Counted from the first letter of the stretch, positions 37,608 through 48,127 are shown. The stretch is DNA of 64,000 nt from an uncultured Atopobium sp. (GCA_963552125.1 CAUVJF010000003.1:3680-67679), one strand, 5' to 3'. Notes: generated by a model not told the origin, from the letters alone. Numbers and translations: made by a program.

Positions 37608-38636
37608 CTATGCTCCAAACGGCAGCGCAATAGGTAGCTTGACCTGGCTAAAGAGCACGGCAAGCTGGAAGAGAAGAAACGCCGCCATAGTTCCAAAAAT
37701 CATCGAATCGGTTCTATCAAGTAGACCACCATGACCAGGCATAATTGAACCAGAATCCTTGAGGCCCACTCCTCGCTTAATGCGAGACTCAAAGAGGTCT
37801 CCAACAACAGAGAAGATGCCTTCTGTTACACCAAAGAGCAGCGCAAACAGTGGATTCATATTAATTGCACCAAAAACTGCCATCAAGAACCACACAAGCA
37901 TTGAACCTAAAAGACCACCGTAGAAGCCTTCCCAGCTCTTATTAGGAGAAATTCTTGGCGCCAGTTTATGCTTGCCAAATTTGGATCCAAACAAATACGC
38001 AAATGAATCGTTAGCCCACACTGAGAGCATGACGGCAAGCGTAATCCAAGGAATAGAAAAACTTGGCTCTGTGGACCTTAGAAGCACTACCGTTGAAAGT
38101 GAAAGCGAGGTATACAGTGGTCCAAAGGCCGTAACCGCTACATCTGCAAGGTTTGCTCGCGGCGTAAAGACATACCAAAGTCCACAAAGGATGATCAAAA
38201 GCAAGGAGAATGCCAGCGGAAAAACGTGACCAAAATACGCAATTATGGGGAAAATAAGCGAGAAAACAAGGCCAAGAGGCTCGTTTGGCATACGTCCGCC
38301 CATGCGACAGATGTGGAAGAACTCAGAGCAGCACAGCCATCCCATACCAGCAATCAAAACAATAGTGGCTTCTTTGCCCACAAACAGAGCAGCAAGCACA
38401 ATAGCTGCATAAACTACGCCAGACAGAGTTCTGGTCAAAAGCTTTTCGGTAACGCCACGAACTCGCTGACCCATGAGGTTACCAGCGGCTCTCTGCAGCT
38501 CTTTAAGTGAGCGACGAATCTCCAGCTTTTCTATCTGTCTATCAATTCCAACACTACCTGTTTCTTCAGGATTAAGCTGAGAGTCAGTATCAATCCTGGA
38601 AGTAGGCTTTTTGGAATCGCGCGTATTGTCCACCAC
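37608..38636 (-). CDS. cdsA: Phosphatidate cytidylyltransferase (N-terminally extended)
   Basis: SPNKSWEG, GDLFESRIKR, KDSG..MPGHGGLLDR.D. Confidence 0.95.
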   Translation of the reverse strand: MVDNTRDSKKPTSRIDTDSQLNPEETGSVGIDRQIEKLEIRRSLKELQRAAGNLMGQRVRGVTEKLLTRTLSGVVYAAIVLAALFVGKEATIVLIAGMGWLCCSEFFHICRMGGRMPNEPLGLVFSLIFPIIAYFGHVFPLAFSLLLIILCGLWYVFTPRANLADVAVTAFGPLYTSLSLSTVVLLRSTEPSFSIPWITLAVMLSVWANDSFAYLFGSKFGKHKLAPRISPNKSWEGFYGGLLGSMLVWFLMAVFGAINMNPLFALLFGVTEGIFSVVGDLFESRIKRGVGLKDSGSIMPGHGGLLDRTDSMIFGTMAAFLLFQLAVLFSQVKLPIALPFGA

Positions 38637-39415
38637 TATTTCACTCCTCCGAATCGCCTCTCGCGACTCTGATAGTCCTTAATGGCGCGTAAAAAATCCC
38701 ACTTAGAGAAGTCAGGCCAGTAAGTTTGCGTAACATACAGCTCCGAGTAAGCCAGCTGCCATAGCAAATAATTAGAAAGCCTGAGCTCTCCTGACGTGCG
38801 AATCAAAAGGTCTGGATCAGGAAGTCCTGCTGTATAGAGGTTCTTCTCAAGGTCTGCTGGAGTCACCGAGTCAACAGACACGCTGCCTTCAGCAATTTGG
38901 TTGGCGAGAAGAACAGCTGCCCTGGTTAGCTCTGCACGAGAGCCATAGTTAACAGCCAGCGCAAACGTCATACCGGTATTTTGTGCGGTCTCATCAAGTC
39001 CGCGCTGGAAGGTCTTACGGGTCTTCTCTGGCAAAGCCTCAAGGTCACCAAAGAAACGCAGCTTAACGTTCTCTTGGTGGAATAGTGGAAGTTCTTTAAG
39101 AAGCGTCTCTGCAAACAGACGCATGAGCAAGTCAACCTCACGTTGAGGACGTTTCCAGTTTTCTGTGGAGAATGCATAAACTGACAGAACGTCCAATCCA
39201 AGGCGCACACTTGTAGTAACAGCCTCACGCAAAGAAAGAACACCGGCCTTATGACCTTCGGTTCTGTCAAGTCCACGAGCCGTAGCCCATCTACCGTTTC
39301 CATCCATAATGATGGAAACGGCAGATGGAATAGTTTCTAAATTGATATCAGAGAGACTGATATCTTCTGGTGCGTCAGAGAAATACTGGACGAGTTTGTC
39401 TGTATCAAACTGCAC
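38636..39415 (-). CDS. uppS: Isoprenyl (undecaprenyl diphosphate) transferase
   Basis: IMDGNGRWA, FSTENWKRP, IRTSGELRLSNYLLWQ. Confidence 0.97.
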   Translation of the reverse strand: MQFDTDKLVQYFSDAPEDISLSDINLETIPSAVSIIMDGNGRWATARGLDRTEGHKAGVLSLREAVTTSVRLGLDVLSVYAFSTENWKRPQREVDLLMRLFAETLLKELPLFHQENVKLRFFGDLEALPEKTRKTFQRGLDETAQNTGMTFALAVNYGSRAELTRAAVLLANQIAEGSVSVDSVTPADLEKNLYTAGLPDPDLLIRTSGELRLSNYLLWQLAYSELYVTQTYWPDFSKWDFLRAIKDYQSRERRFGGVK

Positions 39416-39961
39416 TTAAATCTCCATGATTTCTGAAGTCTTGGTCTTAAGAAGAGACTCGATCTGTGCAATATAGGTATCGGTCAGCTTCTGAATACCG
39501 TTCTTCTCGCGCTTCTGATCGTCCTCAGATAGCTCCTCATCGCGCTCAATCTTGCCATTAATGTCACGACGGACGTTACGAACAGCTACGCGAGCTTCCT
39601 CAGCAATCTGAGAGCACTCTTTAGCAAGCTCACGACGGCGCTCCTCGGTTGGCATTGGGAAAGGAAGCCTGATAGCAGAGCCATCATTAGATGGAGTAAT
39701 ACCAAGGTCAGAAGTCTCAATGGCCTTCTCGATGCTCTTTAGAGCAGTCTTATCCCATGGCTCAACAAGCAGCATAGATGCCTCAGGAACCTTGATAGCT
39801 GCAAGCTGAGAAATTGGGGTTGGCTGACCATAGTAGTCTACCTTGATGTGATCAAGCGCATGTGGATTTGCGCGACCAGTACGAACACGACCAAAGTTAT
39901 TCTTAAGTGCCTCGATGCACTTCTCCATAGACTGCTTAGCTTTATCAGAATGAACGCTCAT
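39416..39961 (-). CDS. frr: Ribosome recycling factor
   Basis: RTGRANP, TEERRREL, RNVRRD. Confidence 0.97.
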   Translation of the reverse strand: MSVHSDKAKQSMEKCIEALKNNFGRVRTGRANPHALDHIKVDYYGQPTPISQLAAIKVPEASMLLVEPWDKTALKSIEKAIETSDLGITPSNDGSAIRLPFPMPTEERRRELAKECSQIAEEARVAVRNVRRDINGKIERDEELSEDDQKREKNGIQKLTDTYIAQIESLLKTKTSEIMEI

Positions 39962-40683
39962 TAGTCCTCCTCAACGACAGTAGTACCGACTTCTTCTCCG
40001 GAAATTGCCTTCATGAAAACGCCTTCAGACTGCATGTCAAATACAAGAATTGGCATCTTATTGTCTTTGCACAGCGCAATTGCTGCAGCGTCCATAACCT
40101 TAAGTTCTTTGGCGAGAACATCTTTGTAGGTGACAGTGTCAAACTTAACTGCATCTGCATGAGTAACTGGATCGCAGTCGTAAATACCATCTACCTTTGT
40201 TGCCTTCATCAGAGCCTCTGCACCAATCTCGCAAGCGCGAAGAGCTGCAGCAGTATCAGTAGTGAAGTAAGGGTTACCGGTACCTGCAGCAAAGATGACA
40301 ATACGACCCTTCTCAAGGTGCCTAATAGCACGACGGCGAATATAAGGCTCTGCAACCTGAGCCATGGAAATTGCACTCATAACACGGCAATCCATGCCAT
40401 TGCGCTCAAAACAATCCTGAAGTGAGAGAGCGTTGATTACTGTTGCAAGCATGCCCATGTTATCGCCCTGGGCACGATCCATGCCAGCAGCTGCCTGAGA
40501 AACGCCTCTAAAGATGTTTCCGCCACCAACAACAATGGCAACCTGAACACCAGACTCCCAAACAGGCTTAATTTCTTTAGCAAGCATTTCTGGAATTGAA
40601 GGGTCAATGCCAAAGGATTGCTCACCCATCAATGCTTCACCAGAAAGCTTTAAAAGTACTCTTTTGTATTTAGCTGAAGACAA
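39961..40683 (-). CDS. pyrH: UMP kinase (start TTG 40683 or ATG 40710)
   Basis: [26 protein letters not shown]. Confidence 0.95.
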   Translation of the reverse strand: MSSAKYKRVLLKLSGEALMGEQSFGIDPSIPEMLAKEIKPVWESGVQVAIVVGGGNIFRGVSQAAAGMDRAQGDNMGMLATVINALSLQDCFERNGMDCRVMSAISMAQVAEPYIRRRAIRHLEKGRIVIFAAGTGNPYFTTDTAAALRACEIGAEALMKATKVDGIYDCDPVTHADAVKFDTVTYKDVLAKELKVMDAAAIALCKDNKMPILVFDMQSEGVFMKAISGEEVGTTVVEED

Positions 40684-40761
40684 AGCTTCCTCGCTCTCTC
40701 CGTTTGCCATAGTTGTAATAATTTTAACAAACGACACCGTAAGTTTTGCAGGAATCGCGGT

Positions 40762-40794
40762 AAAAAAAGAGCCGGTTGAAGACAACCGGCTCAA
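40762..40794 (-). terminator. Terminator after tsf
   Basis: GAGCCGGTTG-aaga-CAACCGGCTC plus a T-run on the minus strand. Confidence 0.85.
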
Positions 40795-40814
40795 AATAAT
40801 TGAAGTAAAAAGTC

Positions 40815-41687
40815 TTACTCTTCACCAAAAGCAAAACGTACGAAGCTGACAATCTTAACCTCGTCGTCAACCTTCTTGGAGAGCAGCTTTGCGTACTCAG
40901 AAATGGTCATATCTGGGTCCTTAACAAATGCCTGCTCAGTAAGGACATACTCCTTATAGTACTTCTCGAGACGACCGTAAGCCATCTTCTCCTGAATAGC
41001 CTCAGGCTTGCCGGACTCAGCAGCCTGTGCCTTGTAAATGGAGAGCTCGTGATCAACGATGTCCTGTGGAACATCCTCACGGCGAGCAGCAACTGGAGCA
41101 GCTGCAGCTACCTGCATTGCAACATCGTGTGCAAAGTTCTTGAAGTCCTGAGACTCAGCGGTCTCTGGCTTGTTGAACTCAAAGGTAACAATGTCAGCAA
41201 GCTTGCCACCAAGGTGGATATAGCTAGCAAGAGCGCCGTTTGCAGCCTCAACACGCTGGAAACGAAGAACACGCATGTTCTCGCCGATGTTGTGGATCTT
41301 ATCGGTGATTGCCTCGTCAACGGTCTCGTCGCCAAGCTTAGCAGCCTTGAGCTCCTCAACGTCAGCTGGGTTGCTCTCAACGACAACTGCAGCAAGATCG
41401 CCAGCAAAGCCGGTGAACTGTGGGTTTGTACCTACAAAGTCAGTCTCGCAGGAGAGCTCAAGGATTGCGCCAGTCTTGCCGTCTGGGCTGATGAAGGTAG
41501 CAATGGTACCCTCGTTGGTGTCACGACCAGCACGCTTAACTGCCTTAGCAACGCCCATAGTACGAAGAATATCTACTGCCTTTTCAATATCGCCCTCAGC
41601 CTCGACGAGTGCCTTCTTGCACTCCATCATAGGAGAGCTGGTCATATCACGAAGCTGCTTAACAAGTGCTGCGGTAATCTCTGCCAT
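40815..41687 (-). CDS. tsf: Elongation factor Ts
   Basis: [13 protein letters not shown]; downstream of rpsB. Confidence 0.97.
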   Translation of the reverse strand: MAEITAALVKQLRDMTSSPMMECKKALVEAEGDIEKAVDILRTMGVAKAVKRAGRDTNEGTIATFISPDGKTGAILELSCETDFVGTNPQFTGFAGDLAAVVVESNPADVEELKAAKLGDETVDEAITDKIHNIGENMRVLRFQRVEAANGALASYIHLGGKLADIVTFEFNKPETAESQDFKNFAHDVAMQVAAAAPVAARREDVPQDIVDHELSIYKAQAAESGKPEAIQEKMAYGRLEKYYKEYVLTEQAFVKDPDMTISEYAKLLSKKVDDEVKIVSFVRFAFGEE

Positions 41688-41742
41688 GTTTTCCTCCCAA
41701 AAATCTACTGAATAACTAAATTATTTAACCCGTTGCTAAGAG

Positions 41743-42483
41743 TTACTCAGCAGCTGGGGTCTCGGACTCAGCGCCCATCTCTTCAGCAGAAATCTGCTCT
41801 TTGCCGCTACCTGCAAGAATTGCGTCTGCAGCAAGCTGGCACATAAGAGAAATGGAACGAATAGCATCGTCATTTGCAGGAATGCCGTAATCAACAACAT
41901 CTGGATCAGAGTTGGTGTCAAGCAGGGAGACAACTGGAATGTGAAGACGGTTTGCCTCACGGATTGCGTTCTCTTCACGCTTGGAGTCAACAACAAAGAG
42001 AGCCTGTGGAAGAGAAGTCATATCACGGACGCCACCGAGGTTAAGCTGAAGCTTCAGAAGCTCCTTGTTCTTAAGAGCCTGCTCCTTCTTAGGAAGGGCT
42101 GCCATACGGCCGTCCTCTACCATTGCCTCAAGCTCCTCAAGGCGCTTAATGCGGGAACGCATGGTGACAAAGTTGGTCAGCATACCGCCAAGCCAACGCT
42201 GGTTGATGTAAGGCATGTTTGCACGAGCTGCCTCAGTAGCGATTGGCTCCTGAGCCTGCTTCTTGGTGCCGACGAAGAGAACGCGGCCACCCTTAGATGC
42301 AACATTCTTCAGGAAAGTATAAGCAGCGTCTGCGCCAAGCATGGTCTGCTTAAGGTCAAGAATGTAAATGCCGTTGCGCTCACCAAAGATGTATGGCTTC
42401 ATCTTAGGGTTCCAACGACGAGTCTGGTGACCATAGTGGCAACCAGCATCCAGAAGAGTCTGAATAGTAATCTTTGCAGCCAT
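41743..42483 (-). CDS. rpsB: 30S ribosomal protein S2
   Basis: HYGHQTRRWNPKM, RWLGGMLTN, PANDDAIRS; ATG 42483 behind GGAGG. Confidence 0.98.
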   Translation of the reverse strand: MAAKITIQTLLDAGCHYGHQTRRWNPKMKPYIFGERNGIYILDLKQTMLGADAAYTFLKNVASKGGRVLFVGTKKQAQEPIATEAARANMPYINQRWLGGMLTNFVTMRSRIKRLEELEAMVEDGRMAALPKKEQALKNKELLKLQLNLGGVRDMTSLPQALFVVDSKREENAIREANRLHIPVVSLLDTNSDPDVVDYGIPANDDAIRSISLMCQLAADAILAGSGKEQISAEEMGAESETPAAE

Positions 42484-42648
42484 TTTTACCTCCATTGGTT
42501 GTTCCTCCGTACGAGTTCAAACCTTGTTAAAACCACCCAACACCTGGCTTAGCGTTAGGCACCACGGCAAACAAGTAGTCGTACGTGCGATTTTGTGCTG
42601 TTTGGTAACAGCATGTTGTGCTTCTACACAACTTTTGAAAGTATAACA
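42484..42648 (-). promoter_or_regulatory. rpsB promoter (extended -10 TGtTATACT) and roughly 150-nt leader
   Basis: Extended -10 at 42640-42648. Long rpsB leaders commonly carry S2 autoregulation; structure not verified here. Confidence 0.55.
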
Positions 42649-42754
42649 GGAAAACGAGGGCTACGTCTATAAAGAATTTAGACCATAACCTCTACAAATA
42701 CTGCACAAATACATCAAGCTTCCAAGCACAAGATCTTCAGTAACAAAGCACGGT

Positions 42755-43681
42755 TTATTTTGATCTTGGATGAGCTGCCTTTGCCGCTTCTTTAAGCCTA
42801 TCAACTGACAAATGTGTATAAACCTGCGTAGTTGAGAGCGACTCATGGCCTAAAAGTTCCTGGACAATACGCAAGTCTGCTCCACCGCCAAGAAGCTCCG
42901 TGGCGTACGTATGCCTCATTGCATGTGGAGAAAGTGAGCTGTCTAGTCCTGCAGCCACTAAATACGACGAGAAAACCTTGCGCAAAGAATCAGCGCTCAT
43001 GTCATTTCCTCTGACAGAAATAAAAAGAGCTGAATGTGCACGCCCTGATTTGTCTTTTAACAAGAGCGTAGGGCGAGAAGACCTAAGGTACTTCTTAAGC
43101 CACTCAACTGCAGACTCATAGAGAGGAACAATTCGCTCTTTAGAGCCTTTACCAAAGAGACGCACTGTTCCATTTTGCAAATCAACCTGCTCAAGCGTGA
43201 GAGACGCCACCTCAGAAATACGCGCTCCTGTTGCATACAAGAACTCAAGAAATGCTCTATCTCTTAGACCTACCGTAATTGAAATATCACATGATTCCAA
43301 AAGTCTGCTTACATCAGAGTCAGTCATGGTATGTGGAAGATTACGTGGCGCTCGAGGATTACTAAGTGCAAGAGCGGGATCAGTTGCAATCAGTTTTTCT
43401 CGCTGCATCCACTTGTAAAAACCGCGTAATGCAGACAAGTGCCTATTAAGCGTTTTAGCTGAATATTGAGCTTGTTTGAGGTAAGCCAAATACAAACGAA
43501 GGTTTCTGTGATCAACCTTAGTTACCTCAACGCCTTCCCTACTGCACCACTGCTCAAATGCTAAAAGATCAGTTTGATATGACCTTAAAGTATTCTCAGA
43601 AAGATTCCTCACCTTGCTTAAATACTCAATAAATTGTTCAACGTGACTTACCTGCACTTTAGAAATACCCACATTAATCAC
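42755..43681 (-). CDS. xerC: Tyrosine recombinase XerC/XerD family
   Basis: LYATGARISE, GKGSKER, PHAMRHTYAT, LGH, TTQVY; core-genome context. Confidence 0.88.
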   Translation of the reverse strand: MINVGISKVQVSHVEQFIEYLSKVRNLSENTLRSYQTDLLAFEQWCSREGVEVTKVDHRNLRLYLAYLKQAQYSAKTLNRHLSALRGFYKWMQREKLIATDPALALSNPRAPRNLPHTMTDSDVSRLLESCDISITVGLRDRAFLEFLYATGARISEVASLTLEQVDLQNGTVRLFGKGSKERIVPLYESAVEWLKKYLRSSRPTLLLKDKSGRAHSALFISVRGNDMSADSLRKVFSSYLVAAGLDSSLSPHAMRHTYATELLGGGADLRIVQELLGHESLSTTQVYTHLSVDRLKEAAKAAHPRSK

Positions 43682-45008
43682 GCTTTACACTATCAAAGAG
43701 TTCGTGGCGAGAGGCAAGATACTCATCAAAATCTTTATGAGCGCGCTCCGCCATCTTCTTGCGGCGCTCATCTTTTCTTTTAATGTGCTCGTCCAATGGC
43801 TCAAAAATTCCAAAGTTAACATGCATAGGCTGGTAATCTTTGGTATTTGGATTTGTTGCATATCCCACAAGAGAGCCAAACGAGGTTGTTAAAGGAAGCT
43901 TGACTTCCTCTTTGTCTAACAGACGAGCGTACATGTTAAGCGCTGCAAGCAAACCTGAGGCAATCGCCTCAACATAGCCTTCTGTACCTGCAATTTGACC
44001 TGCAAGAATAGTAGAAGTGCCTGGAATTCCAAATGACCTATCAAGCGCATGAGGAGAATCAACAAAAGAGTTTCTATGCATGACGCCATAGCGAACAAAC
44101 TCAGCATTCTCCAAGCCTGGGATGAGCGTAAATACGCGTTTTTGCTCTCCCCAGGTAAGGTTTGTCTGAAAACCAACCAGGTTAAATGCTGTTTTAGCTG
44201 TATTTTCTGCACGAAGCTGAACTGCCGCCCAGGGACGTTTACCTGTTCTGGGATCAATAAGTCCAACAGGTTTTAGCGCTCCAAATCTAATTGAATCATG
44301 TCCTGTTCTTGCCACTTCCTCAATTGGCTGACATGCCTGGAACAAATCGGATTGCTCAAAATCGTGGCCAATAACACGTTTAGCAGACAGTAACTCCTCT
44401 ACAAATGTGTCGTATTCCTCTTTATTCATAGGGCAATTAAGGTAATCGCCAATTCCTAAATCCTCATAACGAGACTGGGAGAATGCAATTGAGCGGTCGA
44501 TTGACTCTTCAGAGACAATAGGTGCTGCTGCGTCAAAAAACGACATTCTGTCAGTTCCCACACGCTTAGAAATAGCCTGGTACAAGCTATCAGAACACAG
44601 AGGGCCTGCAGCGATAACTGTTGGCTCATCAGTAAGCTCTGTAACCTCTGCATGAGTCACAGTGATGTTGGGGTGATTTTTAATCTGCTCAGTTACTGCT
44701 TTTGAAAACTCTTCCCTATTTACCGCAAGCGCGCCACCTGCAGGAACAGAGTTTTCTTCTGCTATACGAAGCAGAAAACTGTTCATCTTCTTAAGCTCTG
44801 ACTTTAAAATTCCAGCTGCAGAGTCTTCTTTAGTAGATTTCAAAGAGTTGGAGCATACCAGTTCAGCAAACATGTCTGTGTGATGCGCTGGAGAAGACAC
44901 AACAGGACGCTGCTCAATGAGCTCTACAGAAATACCACGAGAAGCAAGCTGTAAGGCACATTCACTTCCAGCTAAACCAGCGCCTACTACCGTAACTTTT
45001 TGCGTCAT
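43674..45008 (-). CDS. trmFO: Folate/FAD-dependent tRNA m5U54 methyltransferase
   Basis: GAGLAGSE, AELVCSNS, FFDAAAP, VGFQTNL, RYGVMHRN. Confidence 0.96.
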   Translation of the reverse strand: MTQKVTVVGAGLAGSECALQLASRGISVELIEQRPVVSSPAHHTDMFAELVCSNSLKSTKEDSAAGILKSELKKMNSFLLRIAEENSVPAGGALAVNREEFSKAVTEQIKNHPNITVTHAEVTELTDEPTVIAAGPLCSDSLYQAISKRVGTDRMSFFDAAAPIVSEESIDRSIAFSQSRYEDLGIGDYLNCPMNKEEYDTFVEELLSAKRVIGHDFEQSDLFQACQPIEEVARTGHDSIRFGALKPVGLIDPRTGKRPWAAVQLRAENTAKTAFNLVGFQTNLTWGEQKRVFTLIPGLENAEFVRYGVMHRNSFVDSPHALDRSFGIPGTSTILAGQIAGTEGYVEAIASGLLAALNMYARLLDKEEVKLPLTTSFGSLVGYATNPNTKDYQPMHVNFGIFEPLDEHIKRKDERRKKMAERAHKDFDEYLASRHELFDSVKRD

Positions 45009-45025
45009 TTTTCACCTATCACACA

Positions 45026-45901
45026 CTACGAGTCCAAATAAAAGTCTTTAGAAGGAGTATACCTTCCATCCGGTAATCTTTTTACCATTCCACGAGCTTC
45101 ATAATCAGTTAGAGAATTAAGCACAGTAAGAACGTTTTCTGACAACCTCCATGCAAGCTCTTCTGGTCTTGAAGGAGAAGCTATAAGAGCAGATAAAAGC
45201 GGTGTTAACTTCTTATCATGCTTCATTTGTTCTTGAACCAAACAATCAAAATCTAAAGAAATTGCAAGGCCCAATGATGTCTCGTCAGGAATAATTTGAG
45301 CACCTTCAGAGATAAGTCTATTGGTACCAGCAGAAGCTGGAGAAAAGATAGACCCGGGTATTGCATAAATAGTTTTACCAAGAGAGTTAGCAAACTCAGC
45401 AGTACTCATGGTGCCTGAGCAAAGCCCTGCTTCCGTTACCAAGAGCACTTTACCTAATGCTGCAATAACTGCATTTCTTCTAGGAAAGGCATAACGTCTA
45501 GGAGGCGTTCCCCACTTATCTAAAGAAATGACTGCTCCCCTTCCTTCTCGCACTGCTTCAAAAAGCTCTAAAGAAGAAGTTGGATATGTCACGTCTGCAC
45601 CACAGCCTGCCACTACAACAGTCTTTCCGCCAGCATTAAGAGAAGCCATACCCGCAGTGTAGTCACAGCCAAGAGCTCCACCAGATACCACCACAATATT
45701 GTTATCTGCAGCGCATCTGCCAGCCATTTCTGCAATTGCCATGCCGTATGGGGTGGCCCTACGAGCCCCAATTACAGACATACAAGGTTGTTGCAAAACG
45801 CTTCTATCTCCCATTCCATAGATAATTTCAGGCGGATGGTTGAGCAGTAGCAATTCTTTTGGATAGTCCTCATCTTCTGATGAAATCTCCCATTTCTCCA
45901 T
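45026..45901 (-). CDS. dprA: DNA-processing protein DprA
   Basis: IGAR.ATPYG, VSGGALGCD, FPRRN, GTNRLI.EGA; C-terminal wH-like tail. Confidence 0.92.
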   Translation of the reverse strand: MEKWEISSEDEDYPKELLLLNHPPEIIYGMGDRSVLQQPCMSVIGARRATPYGMAIAEMAGRCAADNNIVVVSGGALGCDYTAGMASLNAGGKTVVVAGCGADVTYPTSSLELFEAVREGRGAVISLDKWGTPPRRYAFPRRNAVIAALGKVLLVTEAGLCSGTMSTAEFANSLGKTIYAIPGSIFSPASAGTNRLISEGAQIIPDETSLGLAISLDFDCLVQEQMKHDKKLTPLLSALIASPSRPEELAWRLSENVLTVLNSLTDYEARGMVKRLPDGRYTPSKDFYLDS

Positions 45902-45903
45902 TG

Positions 45904-47400
45904 CTACTCCAAAGAACGAGACCTATAGGCAACTGCCTCAGATACGTCGTCTTTTGTCACTTTTTCGTGGTGAGCAATATCTGCGATAGTCCTTGCAACT
46001 CTGCAGGTACGCGTTATTGCCCTACCTCCTAAATGAAGTCCACGAGCAAATCTATGAAGCAGCTGCAATGCCGATTCATCAAAGCTCTCCACGTACTTTT
46101 GGCGAGAAGTGCCATCTACTCCACGGGTTTCTCGCCAAGAAGCAAAGTCTCTGCCAGAGACAACAAGTGAGCGCATACCTGCTGAAGTGAGTCCTAGCTC
46201 ACCTTGAATTACTCGATCAGAAGAAGGTCGAGCTACATCACACACAATATCTATTCGATCCATTAAAGGACCTCCAATTTTTGATTGATACGTAGAAATC
46301 TTTCCTGGAGAGCACTTGCAGGTGTGAGTTTTATCTCCAAAATATCCGCAGGGACAGGGATTAGCTGCAGCGATGAGCTGGAACTGAGAAGGAAACTTAT
46401 AGATGCCATCCACTCGCGCAAGACGTACATATCCATCTTCGATTGGCTGACGTAAAACCTGCAGCGTATTAGAAGCAAACTCGGGCAGTTCATCTAAAAA
46501 GAGCACACCTTTATGGGCAAGAGAAATTTCGCCTGGGATGACAGGTCTGCCACCTCCAATCATGCCTGCTACAGAAGCTGAATGATGAGGAGACCTAAAG
46601 GGCCGTACACCTGCTTGAATAGAATCTGTTTCACACCCCGCTACAGAATGTATGAGCAATACCTCATCGCGCTCTTCTTTAGAGAGCTCTGGAAGGATAG
46701 TTGGAATTCTTTTAGCAAGCATTGTTTTACCTGCACCTGGCGGGCCAATCATAAGCATCCCCAGGTTTCCTGTAGCTGCGATTACGATAGCTCTCTTGAC
46801 TAATTCCTGGTCAATTACCTCTTCAAAGTCTAAATTCTCGCTGAGCATTGCTGTTTCAACAGAATGCTTATGCTGAACCAATGGCTTACAGAATGATTGA
46901 TCTCTCAAACTCAAATTGAGCAATGATTGAATTCCTATGACGTGACTCCAGTCAGAACCAAACAAATTGCAATCTGAAGAGGAGATTAGTTTCATTCCCA
47001 GTTTCTTAGCAAGCATTGCATACGCTGCCATGCCTCTCACTGAAGAGATCTTGCCGTTTAATGAGAGTTCTCCAACAAACAGCCTGTTATGCACAATCTC
47101 TTGAGGAATCTGTCCAGTAGCTGCAAGAATAGCAACGGCTATAGGCAAATCAAATCCAGTACCTGTCTTTTTTATATCCGCAGGCGTCAAATTGATTGTT
47201 ACCAGCAATCGAGGGATGGTAAAACCAACAGCTTTTAGTGAGCAGCGCACACGAGAACGAGATTCCATAATGGAGCTGTCAGGCATTCCTACGATGGTTA
47301 TTCCAGGTATGCCGCCTGAAATACCCACTTCCACATCTACAGGTATTGCCTCAATTCCTCTAAGAGTTGCGGTATGAACGCAAATGGTTGTTTGGCTCAT
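45904..47400 (-). CDS. comM: YifB/ComM family Mg-chelatase-like AAA+ helicase
   Basis: GPPGAGKTMLA, RSPHHSAS, GEISLAHKGVLFLDE, NPCPCG. Confidence 0.94.
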   Translation of the reverse strand: MSQTTICVHTATLRGIEAIPVDVEVGISGGIPGITIVGMPDSSIMESRSRVRCSLKAVGFTIPRLLVTINLTPADIKKTGTGFDLPIAVAILAATGQIPQEIVHNRLFVGELSLNGKISSVRGMAAYAMLAKKLGMKLISSSDCNLFGSDWSHVIGIQSLLNLSLRDQSFCKPLVQHKHSVETAMLSENLDFEEVIDQELVKRAIVIAATGNLGMLMIGPPGAGKTMLAKRIPTILPELSKEERDEVLLIHSVAGCETDSIQAGVRPFRSPHHSASVAGMIGGGRPVIPGEISLAHKGVLFLDELPEFASNTLQVLRQPIEDGYVRLARVDGIYKFPSQFQLIAAANPCPCGYFGDKTHTCKCSPGKISTYQSKIGGPLMDRIDIVCDVARPSSDRVIQGELGLTSAGMRSLVVSGRDFASWRETRGVDGTSRQKYVESFDESALQLLHRFARGLHLGGRAITRTCRVARTIADIAHHEKVTKDDVSEAVAYRSRSLE

Positions 47401-47915
47401 TGCTCGTCCCAGCTAAAAGCCCCAATTAAATGCCTCAAGCTTGCCGTACTTGGAGCTACCAAATTGATAGCAACAACATCAAACCTAATTGAAGTGAGCG
47501 CCGGATGAAGCGCTGCATACATAAGCGCAAGCGTCCTGTATTTTTCCTGCTTTGCTTTGTTTACCGCAAGCTCAGGCATGATGCTATCGTCTTTGTTTAG
47601 GATGCGTCTTGTCTTTACCTCAACAAGCACAACGTTATCGTCATCTTGAGCAACAATATCAACCTCACCAATCTGACACGTCCAGTTAGTTTGGATAATT
47701 TTGTATCCTCTTTTGATGAGGTATTTTGCAGCAATCTCCTCGCCCTTCTCGCCAATTTGACGAGAAGACATCTCTTCTAGTGGGATTCTTCCCTCTTGTT
47801 CGTCATCCTCCTGAGGACTCTTATCCAGAGCCTTTGGCTCTTTCTGTGGAACAGGCTTCTCCTCTACCTCGTTAGATGTTGCGTCTGCATGCTTACTTGT
47901 GTCTTTCTTGCTCAT
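47397..47915 (-). CDS. yraN: YraN family nuclease with acidic N-terminal extension
   Basis: GEKGEEIAAKYL, GEVDIV, VEVKTR, RFDVV; ATG 47915. Confidence 0.9.
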   Translation of the reverse strand: MSKKDTSKHADATSNEVEEKPVPQKEPKALDKSPQEDDEQEGRIPLEEMSSRQIGEKGEEIAAKYLIKRGYKIIQTNWTCQIGEVDIVAQDDDNVVLVEVKTRRILNKDDSIMPELAVNKAKQEKYRTLALMYAALHPALTSIRFDVVAINLVAPSTASLRHLIGAFSWDEQ

Positions 47916-48127
47916 AACTCTCCTTTCATTGTGGGAGAGTTCAGTTTGCAGGAGCACTTTGACACTAACTTGACTGCTGTCTGTCTAAACAGCGTAATGA
48001 TTCTGACGAAAGTAAAAAATTTGATATTACGGACTTGCGGCTAAAGAAAAAGCCCGTTCAATCCTCTTAGAATGAACGGGTCCCTGTTTGCGTCTGAAAG
48101 TTAATCTGATAGCTTAAATTGGATGTA

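Noticed and set aside
42755..43681. Tyrosine recombinase as a phage or island integrase
   Set aside because: Xer-like size and motifs in a conserved housekeeping context; no att sites or cargo seen.
48090..48098. GCGTCTGAA resembling the Neisseria DUS
   Set aside because: Imperfect, and I noticed only scattered copies (another near 35975); consistent with chance.
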